64,000 nucleotides of DNA from Candidatus Bathyarchaeia archaeon (GTDB lineage Archaea > Thermoproteota > Bathyarchaeia > Bathyarchaeales > Bathycorpusculaceae). Every line of letters starts with the position of its first letter. The first letter of the stretch is position 1. This document shows positions 9,314 to 19,756 of this stretch, piece by piece. Both the position numbers and the translations under genes were made by a program. Below the pieces are notes generated by a model. The model saw only the letters and a program-made list of their open reading frames with translations, made no database searches and was not told the DNA's origin. The stretch lies in contig JBEKKK010000002.1 in NCBI GenBank assembly GCA_050010755.1, positions 136,577 through 200,576 on the forward strand, read 5' to 3'.

Positions 9314-9759
9314 TGCCTACTTCCCCCTCGTGCAGCATACTTGCCTAGGGCGTTCGTCATAATTTTCTGGGGCAATATTCAAGTTAGCATTGTTCATTTC
9401 GTTTTGCCTCTGAATCACAATAGGATGGTCATCATAATTAGATATTCTGGATAGAAGTGACCAAAGAAATGGTCACAGCAAGCAAGTCAATAAAGGTTAG
9501 CAAGCGCACGATTATATCAGGGAAAGAACCAAACGCTGGTTGGAAAAACGGATTTTAGGAACGCGCACGGTTGTGATTTGAGTTTCAGTTTTCTGTTCTA
9601 TGGCGACTGGGTTTTTTTCGCAATATGATCAATTACAGCAATGCGAGGACACGTACGGCACGTCTAAGTGTGCCCATCTGCATAGTCAACGTCCTTTTTG
9701 AGGTTTCGAGACGTAAGACTTTTGTTCTGAGATTATGAACAAGAGTGTGGGCGGTTAGA

Positions 9760-10812
9760 ATGTCTGAGACGAGACTGCTGAGAGATTTATCTAACGCTTT
9801 TGGGCCCTCGGGAAACGAGGAACAAGTCCGTGAAATTTTGAAGACAGAGCTGCAACCGTATGCCGACGACGTTAGGGTGGACAAGCTTGGAAACATTCTC
9901 TTTTTCCATAATGGACAGGAGAGTTCTCCCAAGATCATGTTGTCAGCGCACATGGACGAGGTTGGAGTCATGGTTACCTTCATAGAGAATGAAGGTTTTC
10001 TGCGTTTTCAGGCTCTCGGCGGTATTCCCAACAACACTTTGCCAGGGCAGAGGATACTGTTTCGAGGAGAAGAAAAGGAGCTTAGAGGAATCGTGGGGAC
10101 TAAGCCGCCGCACATCATGACGCCTGATGAACAGAACAAGGTTATTCCTGTCGAAGATCTCTTCATCGACATAGGGGCCGAAAGCATGGACGCTGCTAAG
10201 GCTAAAGGTGCCGACATAGGCATGATGGGAGTTTTTGATGTGGAGTTCACCGAGTTGGGTGAAGGTTACGTCAGAGGCAAGGCCTTGGACGACAGGGCGG
10301 GTTGCGCCGTGCTTGTGGAAGCGTTTAAGGTCTTGAAGGATTCGTCCTGCAATTTTGTGGCTGTGGGCTCCGTGCAGGAAGAGCTAGGAATGAGAGGTGC
10401 ACGCACTGCGGCATGGCAGGTAGACCCCGATTACGGGCTAGCTTTGGAGGGAACGTTTGCAGCCGACGTGCCCGGCACGAGACCCGACAGAGCTTCGGCG
10501 AAGCTGAAGGGCGGGCCTGTGATTACGATTATGGACAGGACGGTGTTCACCGATCCTGCCGTGCTCAAAACATTGACGAATGTTGGAAGGGAGAAGGGTA
10601 TACCCTTCCAGTTCAAGAAGGTGCCTGTTGGAGGAACTGACGCAGGTGCAATCCATCTTACAAAGGCAGGCGTGCCAAGCGGAACTGTCGCGGTGCCCTG
10701 TAGATACATTCATGGGCCGGCGGCGATTGCACATGTCGACGACGTTAAAAACACCGTTTCTCTAGTAACAGAGTTCGTAAGAAGCATTTCAGCAAGGCAA
10801 AAAACAGGCTAG
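9760..10812 (+). CDS. M42 family (TET-like) aminopeptidase
   Basis: GPSGNE, SAHMDEVG, KALDDRAG, VQEELG, GGTDAG, RYIHGP metal-binding motifs. Confidence 0.92.
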   Translation: MSETRLLRDLSNAFGPSGNEEQVREILKTELQPYADDVRVDKLGNILFFHNGQESSPKIMLSAHMDEVGVMVTFIENEGFLRFQALGGIPNNTLPGQRILFRGEEKELRGIVGTKPPHIMTPDEQNKVIPVEDLFIDIGAESMDAAKAKGADIGMMGVFDVEFTELGEGYVRGKALDDRAGCAVLVEAFKVLKDSSCNFVAVGSVQEELGMRGARTAAWQVDPDYGLALEGTFAADVPGTRPDRASAKLKGGPVITIMDRTVFTDPAVLKTLTNVGREKGIPFQFKKVPVGGTDAGAIHLTKAGVPSGTVAVPCRYIHGPAAIAHVDDVKNTVSLVTEFVRSISARQKTG

Positions 10813-10859
10813 CGCTCAAGGGGCTTGCGCAAATCCTTGATTTCCCTGCTCTTGCATGC

Positions 10860-12278
10860 TTAACGGTTGGCCGGTTTCTTCATCAGGTATTCATGCATTG
10901 CTTTTGCGGCTTTTTTGCCTGCGCCCATCGCGCTTATGACTGTGGCTTCGCCTGTCACTATGTCGCCTCCTGCGTAGACGCCGTCGATGTTGGTTTTGCC
11001 GTTTTCGTCTGCCACTATGGTGCCCCATTTTGTGACGGCTAGTCCTTGTGTTGTGCTTTGTATTATCGGGTTGGGTGTTCTTCCAATGGCGACTATGACC
11101 GTGTCAACATCCATAACAAACTCGGAACTCTTGGCTGGAACGGGTCTTCTTCTGCCTGACTCGTCTGGTGGTCCGAGGTCCATGCATATGCATTCCATGG
11201 CTTTTACCCAGCCCTTGTCATCGCCGATGAACTTGGTTGGGTTAGCTAGGAACTTGCATGTTATTCCCTCTTCCTCTGCATTTTCCACTTCTTCGCGTCT
11301 CGCCGGCAATTCTTCTCTAGAACGGCGGTAGACGATGCAGACTTCTTCGGCGCCCAAGCGCAGTGCGGAACGGGCTGAATCCATTGCAACGTTGCCCCCG
11401 CCAATGACGGCCACCTTCCTGCCGATTCTAATCGGCGTGTCACACTCTGGAAAGGTGTAGGCTTTCATCAGGTTGACTCGTATCAGAAATTCGTTTGCAG
11501 AGTAGATGCCTCCAAGGTTTTCCCCTGGAACTCCTAGAAACTGGGGCAAACCTGCCCCGGTTCCGATGAAAACTGCGTCGAAGCCTCTCTTGAGCAGTTC
11601 AGGAATGGTGAATGTTCTTCCGATGATGCAGCTTGCGCGGATCTCCACGCCGAGTTTCTTGACATAGTCCGCTTCGGCCTCAACGATCGTCTTGGGCAAG
11701 CGGAACTCGGGTATTCCATACATGAGCACTCCACCCGGACGATGCAACGCTTCAAAAATAACAACCTCATGCCCCAGTTTCACCAAGTCTGCAGCCGCGG
11801 TGAGACCAGCGGGACCGGCGCCTATGATTGCAACGCGCTTGCCAGTGGCTGGAGCCTTTTCCGAGCATGCGATTCCCGTCTTTCTTTCCCAATCGGCGAG
11901 GAACCTCTCTAGGCGGCCTATGCTGACAGCGTCGCCTGCCTTGCCGAGCAAGCATACGTTTTGACACTGTTCCTCCTGCGGGCAGACACGGCCGCAGATG
12001 GCAGGAAGACAGTTCTTGTCCTTGATCTTCTTTATTGCGGCGCCATAGTCTTTTTCTCTCATCGATTTGATGAACGCTGGAATGTTAACCTCAACTGGGC
12101 AACCCTGCACACACTGAGGTTTCGGGCACTGTAGGCAGCGGCCCGCTTCTGCTAGGGCCTGTTCCTCGTTGTAGCCGAGGGCAACTTCGTTGAAGTTTCT
12201 TCTGCGGGCTTCAGGTGCCTGTTTTGGAATCTGGACAGCTTGCTTCTGAAGCTTGGGTTTTGCCTTGGGCTCACTCAT
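10860..12278 (-). CDS. nfnB: NfnB/SudA-type NADPH flavoprotein (glutamate synthase small-subunit-like)
   Basis: RCLQCPKPQCVQGCP, CGRVCPQEEQC, GAGPAGL, GGGNVAMD, YRRS, AGGDIVTG; overlaps the NfnA-like gene. Confidence 0.85.
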   Translation of the reverse strand: MSEPKAKPKLQKQAVQIPKQAPEARRRNFNEVALGYNEEQALAEAGRCLQCPKPQCVQGCPVEVNIPAFIKSMREKDYGAAIKKIKDKNCLPAICGRVCPQEEQCQNVCLLGKAGDAVSIGRLERFLADWERKTGIACSEKAPATGKRVAIIGAGPAGLTAAADLVKLGHEVVIFEALHRPGGVLMYGIPEFRLPKTIVEAEADYVKKLGVEIRASCIIGRTFTIPELLKRGFDAVFIGTGAGLPQFLGVPGENLGGIYSANEFLIRVNLMKAYTFPECDTPIRIGRKVAVIGGGNVAMDSARSALRLGAEEVCIVYRRSREELPARREEVENAEEEGITCKFLANPTKFIGDDKGWVKAMECICMDLGPPDESGRRRPVPAKSSEFVMDVDTVIVAIGRTPNPIIQSTTQGLAVTKWGTIVADENGKTNIDGVYAGGDIVTGEATVISAMGAGKKAAKAMHEYLMKKPANR

Positions 12279-13113
12279 GGTGGGCGCACCTCTTTTCTTG
12301 CAGCCGTTGTAACGCTGCTTTTTCCTCTGACATGTAGGCCGTTTGTCTCTTCAACAATTCTCCGAAATTCACCATGTGAGCGTCAAACTCGGGGCCGTCC
12401 ACGCATGCAAACCTTGTTCTATCGCCCACGCTTACTCTGCACGCGCCGCACATGCCCATGCCGTCGACCATTATAGGGTTCAAACTCACGATGGTTTTGA
12501 TGACGTATGGCCTCGTCGTTTCTGCGACAGCCCGCATCATAACGGTAGGGCCTATCGCGTAAACAACGTCAAAATGGTAGCCCTTCTCAATCAGCATCTT
12601 CAAGACATCGCTGACGAACCCCTTGTGCCCCTTCGATCCGTCATCGGTCGAGATGTGAAGCTCGTCAGAAACTCTTTTCATGTCATCCTCGAGTATGAGT
12701 AACCCTGCTGTCTTTGCCCCCACTATCGACACAACCTTGTTGCCAGCCTGCTTGAAGCCTCTGGCAATCGGAAACGCAGAGGCAGTGCCCACTCCTCCGC
12801 CTATGACACACACGGATCCGAACCTCTCTATGTCACTGGGATTCCCCAGGGGACCCAGAACATCAAAAATCACGTCCCTAACGTTGAGCGCACCTAGTTT
12901 TTCGGTTGAGACTCCAATCTCAAGAAAGATCAGAGTGATAGTACCTTTCTTCTTGTCCCAGTCCACGATCGTTAAGGGAAATCGCTCGCCATTCTCGTCG
13001 ATTCTCAGAATGACGAACTGGCCTGGCTGAGCTTTTTGAGCTATCTCGGGCGCTTCGACTTCAATCGATTTGATTTTCGGGGCTAACTCTTTCTTTGAAA
13101 CGATTTGATGCAT
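12271..13113 (-). CDS. nfnA: NfnA/SudB-type FAD/NAD-binding [2Fe-2S] subunit
   Basis: GERFPLTI, GPLGNP, GGGVG, and PIMVDGMGMCGACRV...FACVDGPEFD Asp/Cys [2Fe-2S] motif. Confidence 0.87.
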   Translation of the reverse strand: MHQIVSKKELAPKIKSIEVEAPEIAQKAQPGQFVILRIDENGERFPLTIVDWDKKKGTITLIFLEIGVSTEKLGALNVRDVIFDVLGPLGNPSDIERFGSVCVIGGGVGTASAFPIARGFKQAGNKVVSIVGAKTAGLLILEDDMKRVSDELHISTDDGSKGHKGFVSDVLKMLIEKGYHFDVVYAIGPTVMMRAVAETTRPYVIKTIVSLNPIMVDGMGMCGACRVSVGDRTRFACVDGPEFDAHMVNFGELLKRQTAYMSEEKAALQRLQEKRCAHHE

Positions 13114-13241
13114 GTCCGAGTAAACCCTCTGACAGTCTTGTACGAAGAAGAATCCTAAAAGTATACATGCAAATATAAGAGTTTAGGGACAAGAAACCAA
13201 AACATTCCTTTCTCAAAGTGGACACATGCGTATTTGGCATC

Positions 13242-14177
13242 TCATTTCTCGTGATAATACGGTCTTCTAATAAAGCCGTAGGCCTCCAGTGCAGCCGTTA
13301 TGCCCTGCCCAACTGCCGTTCCCACCTGTTTGATAGGATGGTTTGTCACGTCTCCGGCAGCAAAGACGCCTTCCAAATTCGTGTGTTGCAGGGCGTCCGT
13401 TATGATGTAGCCGTCTTGATCTAACGTCACGCCCGCGTCCTTGACTATTTTGCTGTTAGGGTCTTCGCCCACTTGAATGAAAACTCCGTTAACGGGCAAT
13501 TCTCTGGTTTCGCCGGTTTTTTTGTCGATTAGCTCGACTTCTTTGACGACTTTGTCGCCACGTATCTCCTTTATTTCTGTGTTCCAAAGAATCTCAACGT
13601 TCTTCGTGTTCTTCAGACCTTGGGTAAGGGCTTCTTCGCAGCGGAAGGCTTCTCTCCTGTGAACAATCTTGGTGTCAGCCGCTATGCCCGCCAAGTAAAG
13701 AGTTGTCATCGCCGCTGAGTTTCCACCGCCCACCACGAGAACGTTTTTTCCTCGGAAGAAAGGTCCGTCGCAGATTCCGCAATAGCTAACCCCTTTTCCC
13801 CGAAATTCATTCTCACCGGGAACGCCCAGCTGGCGATAATGGCTGCCAGTGGCAACCAAGACTGCTTTGGTCTCATAGACTGCCTTCAGAGTTTGAACAC
13901 GCTTCTTCTCACTCCTAAGATCAAGGCTAACGACCGCTTCGAGCTCATTCAGAGTAACTCCCACACTTTTGGCATGAGCAACCATCTTCTGCGCGAGCTC
14001 GATTCCAGTAACGCTTTGAAAGCCCGGGTAATTCTCAACCATGGGCGCGTCTGCTTCCGTGCCTCCAGCCAACTTTTCTTCCAGAACAACTGTCTTGAGG
14101 CCGCTTCTCACACTGTAAATTCCAGCCGACAACCCAGCGGCACCAGCACCAATGATGACAAGCTCCAAATCATCCAT
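13242..14177 (-). CDS. trxB: Thioredoxin-disulfide reductase
   Basis: IIGAGAAG, ENYPGF, GVSYCGICDG active site, GGGNSA, HRR, FAAGDV; start placed at MDDLEL. Confidence 0.9.
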   Translation of the reverse strand: MDDLELVIIGAGAAGLSAGIYSVRSGLKTVVLEEKLAGGTEADAPMVENYPGFQSVTGIELAQKMVAHAKSVGVTLNELEAVVSLDLRSEKKRVQTLKAVYETKAVLVATGSHYRQLGVPGENEFRGKGVSYCGICDGPFFRGKNVLVVGGGNSAAMTTLYLAGIAADTKIVHRREAFRCEEALTQGLKNTKNVEILWNTEIKEIRGDKVVKEVELIDKKTGETRELPVNGVFIQVGEDPNSKIVKDAGVTLDQDGYIITDALQHTNLEGVFAAGDVTNHPIKQVGTAVGQGITAALEAYGFIRRPYYHEK

Positions 14178-14338
14178 CTTGAATGTCCTCGCTGATTCAT
14201 ATTGAGGAGGGCACATATCAATTATTCTCTTGCCCGTGCAAACGAAAACCAACACTAGAACGTACGCTCAAGGCGGCGTTGCGGTCCTGTGTTTGAACTC
14301 TGGAATGCTAAATCATGGAGCGATGCATGTTGGGTATG

Positions 14339-14791
14339 TTAGTAATTGATTTCGGGTTTTTCTTTTTCTTCGCATTTTGCAAGCAACATCAGTATCTCGT
14401 CTATGATGTGCTTGTCTTTCACGGAGACCGCAAGTGTTCTTGCTTCTTCAAGTTTATTCTGGGCGGTCTTCCAGAGTTCCGCGTACATGTTCCATTTTGC
14501 AGATTCAACCAAAGACTCAACCTTGTGAGGTCTGCGTCGCCGCTCATCTTCCCCTATCACTACGTGAATCATAGTATTTCCCACCCTAGTCTTCCCAGTG
14601 GCCGTATTCCACCACGAAATCATCAACCTCCTACCGAATATAACGTTTCTGTAAGATCCATCTAGAACAAAGTTCCAATCCCTCGTCCGCCAGTCAGAAT
14701 GGAATGCATGTATTTCTAGATTCGGTTCTAGTTGTAATACGGTGTGGATGTACATTTCGATTTTCTGTTCATGGATAGGATGGGGGCTCAA
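14339..14791 (-). CDS. Hypothetical protein
   Basis: 150-aa ORF filling an otherwise empty interval, helical charged C-terminus; start uncertain. Confidence 0.45.
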   Translation of the reverse strand: MSPHPIHEQKIEMYIHTVLQLEPNLEIHAFHSDWRTRDWNFVLDGSYRNVIFGRRLMISWWNTATGKTRVGNTMIHVVIGEDERRRRPHKVESLVESAKWNMYAELWKTAQNKLEEARTLAVSVKDKHIIDEILMLLAKCEEKEKPEINY

Positions 14792-14987
14792 GTGTGCGCT
14801 GACAGCCCCTCCCCCGGGTCTATGATATGATCCAAATATGAACCGCTAGAACAACGATAATCTAAGCGTCAATTAACAGTTGATTAAAAGTGCAGAGCGG
14901 AGAACGCCCGACTTGGCTCTCTCTTGTTTTCTCATAGGTCACGATTTCAATTGAAGATTTAAGTATAAGTTTGGGAGACAATTTATT

Positions 14988-16277
14988 ATGAAAGGGAAAC
15001 TTGTTTTTGTGCTTTGTTTGCTTTTGTTGCTGTCTTGTTTGTGTTTTGCGAGGTTTGCCCAGCCTGAGGCGAAAGCATCCAGTAGCTTACCAGTTCATAA
15101 CCTTAACACAGGGTTGAACTACTCGACAATTCAAGAAGCGATAGATGCAAACGAAACGTTGAACGGACAAACGATACTTGTTGATGCTGGCGAATACAAC
15201 GAAACCGTAGTCATAGACAAGTCCATACAATTAATAGGAGAAAATAGTAGTAATACTGTCATTAACGCCACATATGACACCCCGCCCATTCCCTCTTCCG
15301 TTAACCTACTCGATGCTCTCGTAAACATAACGGCTAGTAACGCAGAAATATCTGGATTCAATCTAGCATGGGGCTGGTATTTCGTTGGAATCTCTGCAAG
15401 CACCTGCTCTAACATCACCATCACAGACAACAAGATAACCCAAGCTGGGCAAGCCATCAGTTTGACAAACGTCACCCAAAGCACCATAGCTGGAAACGTG
15501 TTAATCGGAATGGGTCTTGAAGGAAATAACCTCTTTACACTCGGTTCTTGCTCTGAATGCATCATCGATGGAAACACGATTGAAGGTTCAACCTACCAGG
15601 GGATGACCTTGTACTCGTCTAACGACAATGCAATTTATGATAACCTGATAGCTTACAACACATATGGGATACAATTTGGCGGTTCAGATAATGGAAACAC
15701 AATATACCACAACAATTTTGAAGGAAACTATTTTCAAGTATTTCCAAACATCACTGGAGGAACTAACGGCAATTACTTCAATGAAAGTTCTGAGGGAAAT
15801 TACTGGAGCGACTACATTGGCAAAGACATTGACCAAGACGGGATTGGCGACACGCCTTATTGGAAACTCGATTATTATCCACTTATGGGACCGTTTGAAG
15901 AGTTCTCTGCATCAAACTGCGACGTAAAGACAATCAGCAATTCCACAATATCTGATTTCCAGTTCAACGGTACTGCTGTGCTCTTCAATGTCAGTGGCGA
16001 GAACGGCACAACGGGCTTTTGCAGAATAAGCATTCCAACACCCCTAATCAACGGAACCTTAGCAGTTTCGGTCAATGGAACAAAGGTGCCCTACGCCCTT
16101 CTACCAGAGTCTAATAGCACGCAAAGCATTCTTTACTTCACCTATCACCATTCAACACAACAGGTTGTCGTAGCCCCAGAGTTTCCATCGATTCCAGCCA
16201 CGATGCTTTTCATGTTATTAACACTATTTGCAGTCGTAATCACCAAAAAGAAAGCAATGCGGTACAGAATCCACTAG
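14988..16277 (+). CDS. Secreted NosD/CASH-type parallel beta-helix surface protein with PEF-CTERM-like anchor
   Basis: Signal peptide, YSTIQEAID, NxIxxN repeats, GNYWSDY, DGIGDTPY, DYYPLM, C-terminal PEFPS-TM-KKK. Confidence 0.85.
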   Translation: MKGKLVFVLCLLLLLSCLCFARFAQPEAKASSSLPVHNLNTGLNYSTIQEAIDANETLNGQTILVDAGEYNETVVIDKSIQLIGENSSNTVINATYDTPPIPSSVNLLDALVNITASNAEISGFNLAWGWYFVGISASTCSNITITDNKITQAGQAISLTNVTQSTIAGNVLIGMGLEGNNLFTLGSCSECIIDGNTIEGSTYQGMTLYSSNDNAIYDNLIAYNTYGIQFGGSDNGNTIYHNNFEGNYFQVFPNITGGTNGNYFNESSEGNYWSDYIGKDIDQDGIGDTPYWKLDYYPLMGPFEEFSASNCDVKTISNSTISDFQFNGTAVLFNVSGENGTTGFCRISIPTPLINGTLAVSVNGTKVPYALLPESNSTQSILYFTYHHSTQQVVVAPEFPSIPATMLFMLLTLFAVVITKKKAMRYRIH

Positions 16278-16402
16278 TCAAGCTGAAAGAGGCACAAAAC
16301 AGACCGCTTTATCTAACGGCGAACACTCGTTCTTTCAGCCATACTTATTGTCATCTGATTGTTTCGATGTCAAGACTTTGGTCATTTTTTCCATTGGTAT
16401 TT

Positions 16403-17176
16403 CTAACTAATGACTTTCCTGAACTGGTATAGTGTTGCGCTTAAAGTCACAACTGCTACGAGTCCGATTACTCCCCATGCGGGCAGTATTGTGCGCCAAT
16501 CATAACCGTTGATCATTAGAGCTCGGCTGGCGTTAACGGCGTAGCTTACAGGATTAAACATCGAAACGTCTGACACCCATGTGGGTAGGAAACTGATTGG
16601 GAACAGTGCTGGGCTTAGGAAAAGCAATGGGAAAGTGATGACGCCGCCTATGGCGAATACGGTCTCAGAGCTTCTGGTCTTCATCCCTAATGCTAGAGAA
16701 ATTCCCGACCAGGCGAGCCCAAAAAATGCAAGCGTGAAGAAGATGAGCAGAATTCCGATGACTCCGGTGGTGACGTGGGCGCCCAAAGCATATGCCAAGC
16801 CAAGGATTATAGCGGTCTGGACAACTACCCTAAAGGCGTCACTGCTCAACCTGCCTAGAAGAATCGCAGGACGGCTCACTGGCGTCACGAGCATTTTCGC
16901 CAAAAACCCACTGTCTATGTCCGCCACTATCGAATTTCCTGACTGTAGCGCGCTTCCAAACGCGTTTTGCATCAGAATCCCAGCTGCTGCAAACTGAAGA
17001 TAACTTACCCCTGCCGGTAATATGCCTGGAAAATTGCCGAGCTTTGTTAGTAACTGTGTGAATAGTAGGAGGAATAGGAGGGGTTGGAAGAGAGAAAAGA
17101 AGAGTAAGATGGGAGTTCGAATGAGTTTTCTCATGTAACGAACGAATATGTAACGTGTGTCAGAGAACAGCGTCAT
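16403..17176 (-). CDS. ABC-2 type transporter permease
   Basis: Multiple TM helices, LVTPVSR, NPVSYAVNASR; adjacent to ATPase. Confidence 0.88.
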   Translation of the reverse strand: MTLFSDTRYIFVRYMRKLIRTPILLFFSLFQPLLFLLLFTQLLTKLGNFPGILPAGVSYLQFAAAGILMQNAFGSALQSGNSIVADIDSGFLAKMLVTPVSRPAILLGRLSSDAFRVVVQTAIILGLAYALGAHVTTGVIGILLIFFTLAFFGLAWSGISLALGMKTRSSETVFAIGGVITFPLLFLSPALFPISFLPTWVSDVSMFNPVSYAVNASRALMINGYDWRTILPAWGVIGLVAVVTLSATLYQFRKVIS

Positions 17177-17182
17177 TTTCGT

Positions 17183-18184
17183 TTATCTCCTTCCAAACCT
17201 TCCAATCATGGCGCTTGGAGCCTTGACGAGATCTTCGGCTCTTATTCGCCTGCCAGTGTGTTTCATAAAAACATCGTCCAGAGAAGGCGAGGAAAACGTC
17301 ACTGACAGAAGTCGAATGTCACCTCTGTCTAATGCACGCACAATATCTGCTATCAGGAGGCCAGCGTTTTTGGCGTAAACTGTGAAACATTCCTCCGATT
17401 CAACTATTTCGTTCACGCCCTTAATGCTCATGATGATCTCCTTTGCTTTAGGGCCGAATTTTTTGCAGTCCTCAAGTGAAATTCTGATTGAGTCTGCGCC
17501 AATTTGATGTTTCAGTTCTGTAGGAGAACCGCTGGCAACTATTTTTCCAAAATCGATAATTGAAAGTCGTTTGCACAGCTTGTCGGCTTCTTCAAGGTAC
17601 TGGGTAGTTAAGAAAATGGTTATCCCTTCTTCCTTGTTCAATTTCTCTAAATAGCTCCAAATTGTCGCTCGTGATTGAGGGTCCAAACCGGTTGTCGGTT
17701 CGTCCAAGAACAGTAGCTTAGGTTTATGGATCAAGGCTGTCGCAAGGTCGAGCCGTTTTTTCATGCCTCCGGAATAGTTTCTTCCACGGCGATCAGCGGC
17801 GGACTCAAGTCCCACTAGTTCTATAAGTTCCTTGACTCTTGGCTTGATTTCACTGGTTTTCATCTGGTGAAAGTGGCCTTGCAATTCAATGTTCTCCTTG
17901 CCTGTGAGATCACCGTCTACAGTGGTTTCTTGACTTTGAACACCGATAATCTTACGGATAGCTGCAGCATCTTTGTCCACGTCAAAACCTGCGACCGTGG
18001 CTTTTCCTGAGGTTTTTCTAAGAAGCGTCGTCAATACTTTGATGGTAGTACTTTTTCCAGCGCCATTGGGGCCGAGAAAGCCGAAAAAATCTCCTTCTTG
18101 AACGTCAAAAGAAATGTCATCCACTGCTTTCGTTCCGTCTGAGTAGATTAGAACAAGATCTTTAACATCAATAATTCCAGGCAT
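17183..18184 (-). CDS. ABC exporter ATP-binding protein (DrrA-like)
   Basis: GPNGAGKST, YSGGMKKRL, LFLDEPTTGLDP, SLDDVF. Confidence 0.92.
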   Translation of the reverse strand: MPGIIDVKDLVLIYSDGTKAVDDISFDVQEGDFFGFLGPNGAGKSTTIKVLTTLLRKTSGKATVAGFDVDKDAAAIRKIIGVQSQETTVDGDLTGKENIELQGHFHQMKTSEIKPRVKELIELVGLESAADRRGRNYSGGMKKRLDLATALIHKPKLLFLDEPTTGLDPQSRATIWSYLEKLNKEEGITIFLTTQYLEEADKLCKRLSIIDFGKIVASGSPTELKHQIGADSIRISLEDCKKFGPKAKEIIMSIKGVNEIVESEECFTVYAKNAGLLIADIVRALDRGDIRLLSVTFSSPSLDDVFMKHTGRRIRAEDLVKAPSAMIGRFGRR

Positions 18185-18517
18185 GCCGTCAACTCGACTG
18201 CAAAATTAGCACACGCATTATATTAAATGGTCGCATCGACCAAAACGGAACTCCACGTTGGTTCTGAATCTCTCCAGCATCCTGTCAACGACCCGCCAAG
18301 GAACTGAGCGTACGTTCTCATTCCCGTCCTTTTCATCCCCTGTTCAGTATTTGTGGATATGTGACTGCAACTCGATCGGCACAGCAGGTGTCTTGGACAG
18401 AACTATTCTATTTGGAAAATGAGAGCGCGTGCTGGCATCGGAGTAGCTTGAGAAAGCTAGACTTGCAGGCGTTCAATTACGCAAACAAGTCGGGCACCCG
18501 ACTGAAGAAGAATGTCC

Positions 18518-19552
18518 CTATGGCGTGCACAGCTCCGAAGGGGACTTTAAACAGATCAGCGAAAGCGGGCTTTGGCTTGTTTTCACGGCTTTCTTTTTGC
18601 AGATTATGACTGCTAGCAGTGTTGCTATCAAGAATAGTGGCAGAACTAGGAATGATGGAAACTCTGGAACTACCGCATATGGAACCGCAAGCGGGTAATA
18701 GTCGGTATTGTTTGCGTCAATGACATAGGGAGTGTTCCAGACGCCTGAGCTGTCAACTTGAGTGGCGTTCGGACACTTTGTCAGATAGTCGCTCCAGTAG
18801 TTACCCACGCTTCCATTATCCCAAACGTTAGTTGAGTCTGAAGAATAAACTTGGCTAAAAGTGTTGTTTACAAAGTTGTTATTGTAGATTGTGTTGTTAG
18901 AAGAAGAATCGAAATAAATGCCAATCGAGTTGTTCGCAAAGTTATTGCCAAACAAAATGTTGTTAAAAGAATAGTCAGAATAAATGCTCCAATCGTTGTT
19001 TGTGAAATCGTTGCCAGACAAAGTGTCGTTAGAACAGCTGCCGAGAACGATACCATCGATGGGGTTAGCCGTAACGTTGTTGCCCGATAAAACATCGTTG
19101 TTAGAAAAGTCGAGCATAATGCTACCCATCCTGCTGCTCGTTGTAACGGTGTTGCCAGACAAAGTGCAGTTAGAAGAATACTCAAGGTCAATGCTAAAGC
19201 CGAAGTTTTCTATGGTCATGTTACGTATGGTCACGTTGCTCTGTCTCGTGACATTTATTCCTGCATTTACTCCACTACCACTTCCGCTTCCCGTCATGGT
19301 GCAGCCTGCCCCGTTCAAAACGACGTTGTTTCTCTCAATCAGAATTCCATCAGTGGCGGCGCTGATGTTGCCAGTTAAAGTGTATGTAATGTTGTCTGCC
19401 GAATAGATGGGGGCAGTTGACGGGCTTACGCTTCCATCTGCGTTAATGTAGATAGGTGCACTCTCAGCCTTGACAACGTGAATCAATCCCGTTATTGATG
19501 ACACGGAAAGCAAACACAGAATTGTAAGCAAAACCAAAACAGCCCTGTTCAT
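18518..19552 (-). CDS. Secreted NosD/CASH-type beta-helix surface protein with PEF-CTERM-like anchor
   Basis: Signal peptide, IYINADGS, SNNTLSGN-type repeats, GNYWSDY, DYYPL, PEFPS-TM-KKK. Confidence 0.85.
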   Translation of the reverse strand: MNRAVLVLLTILCLLSVSSITGLIHVVKAESAPIYINADGSVSPSTAPIYSADNITYTLTGNISAATDGILIERNNVVLNGAGCTMTGSGSGSGVNAGINVTRQSNVTIRNMTIENFGFSIDLEYSSNCTLSGNTVTTSSRMGSIMLDFSNNDVLSGNNVTANPIDGIVLGSCSNDTLSGNDFTNNDWSIYSDYSFNNILFGNNFANNSIGIYFDSSSNNTIYNNNFVNNTFSQVYSSDSTNVWDNGSVGNYWSDYLTKCPNATQVDSSGVWNTPYVIDANNTDYYPLAVPYAVVPEFPSFLVLPLFLIATLLAVIICKKKAVKTSQSPLSLICLKSPSELCTP

Positions 19553-19756
19553 CCTACGCCACTTCCATTCATAGTCTAGAGATTGATTGAGTCAGTTCAT
19601 ATGACTTTTGTAAGAATCCTCAATTGAAATCGTGAATATGAGAAAATGGCGCCCTCTTCATCAAGCATCATTGGGCAGGATTCAAACTGGCTGATTGATC
19701 AATTTGCATCTTCAAAATAATTCGGTTTTCGTTTGAACGCATCTGTCTCGGGCGTG

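Noticed and set aside
10860-12278. Glutamate synthase call
   Set aside because: No large subunit nearby and it is paired with an NfnA/SudB gene, so Nfn-type is the better call
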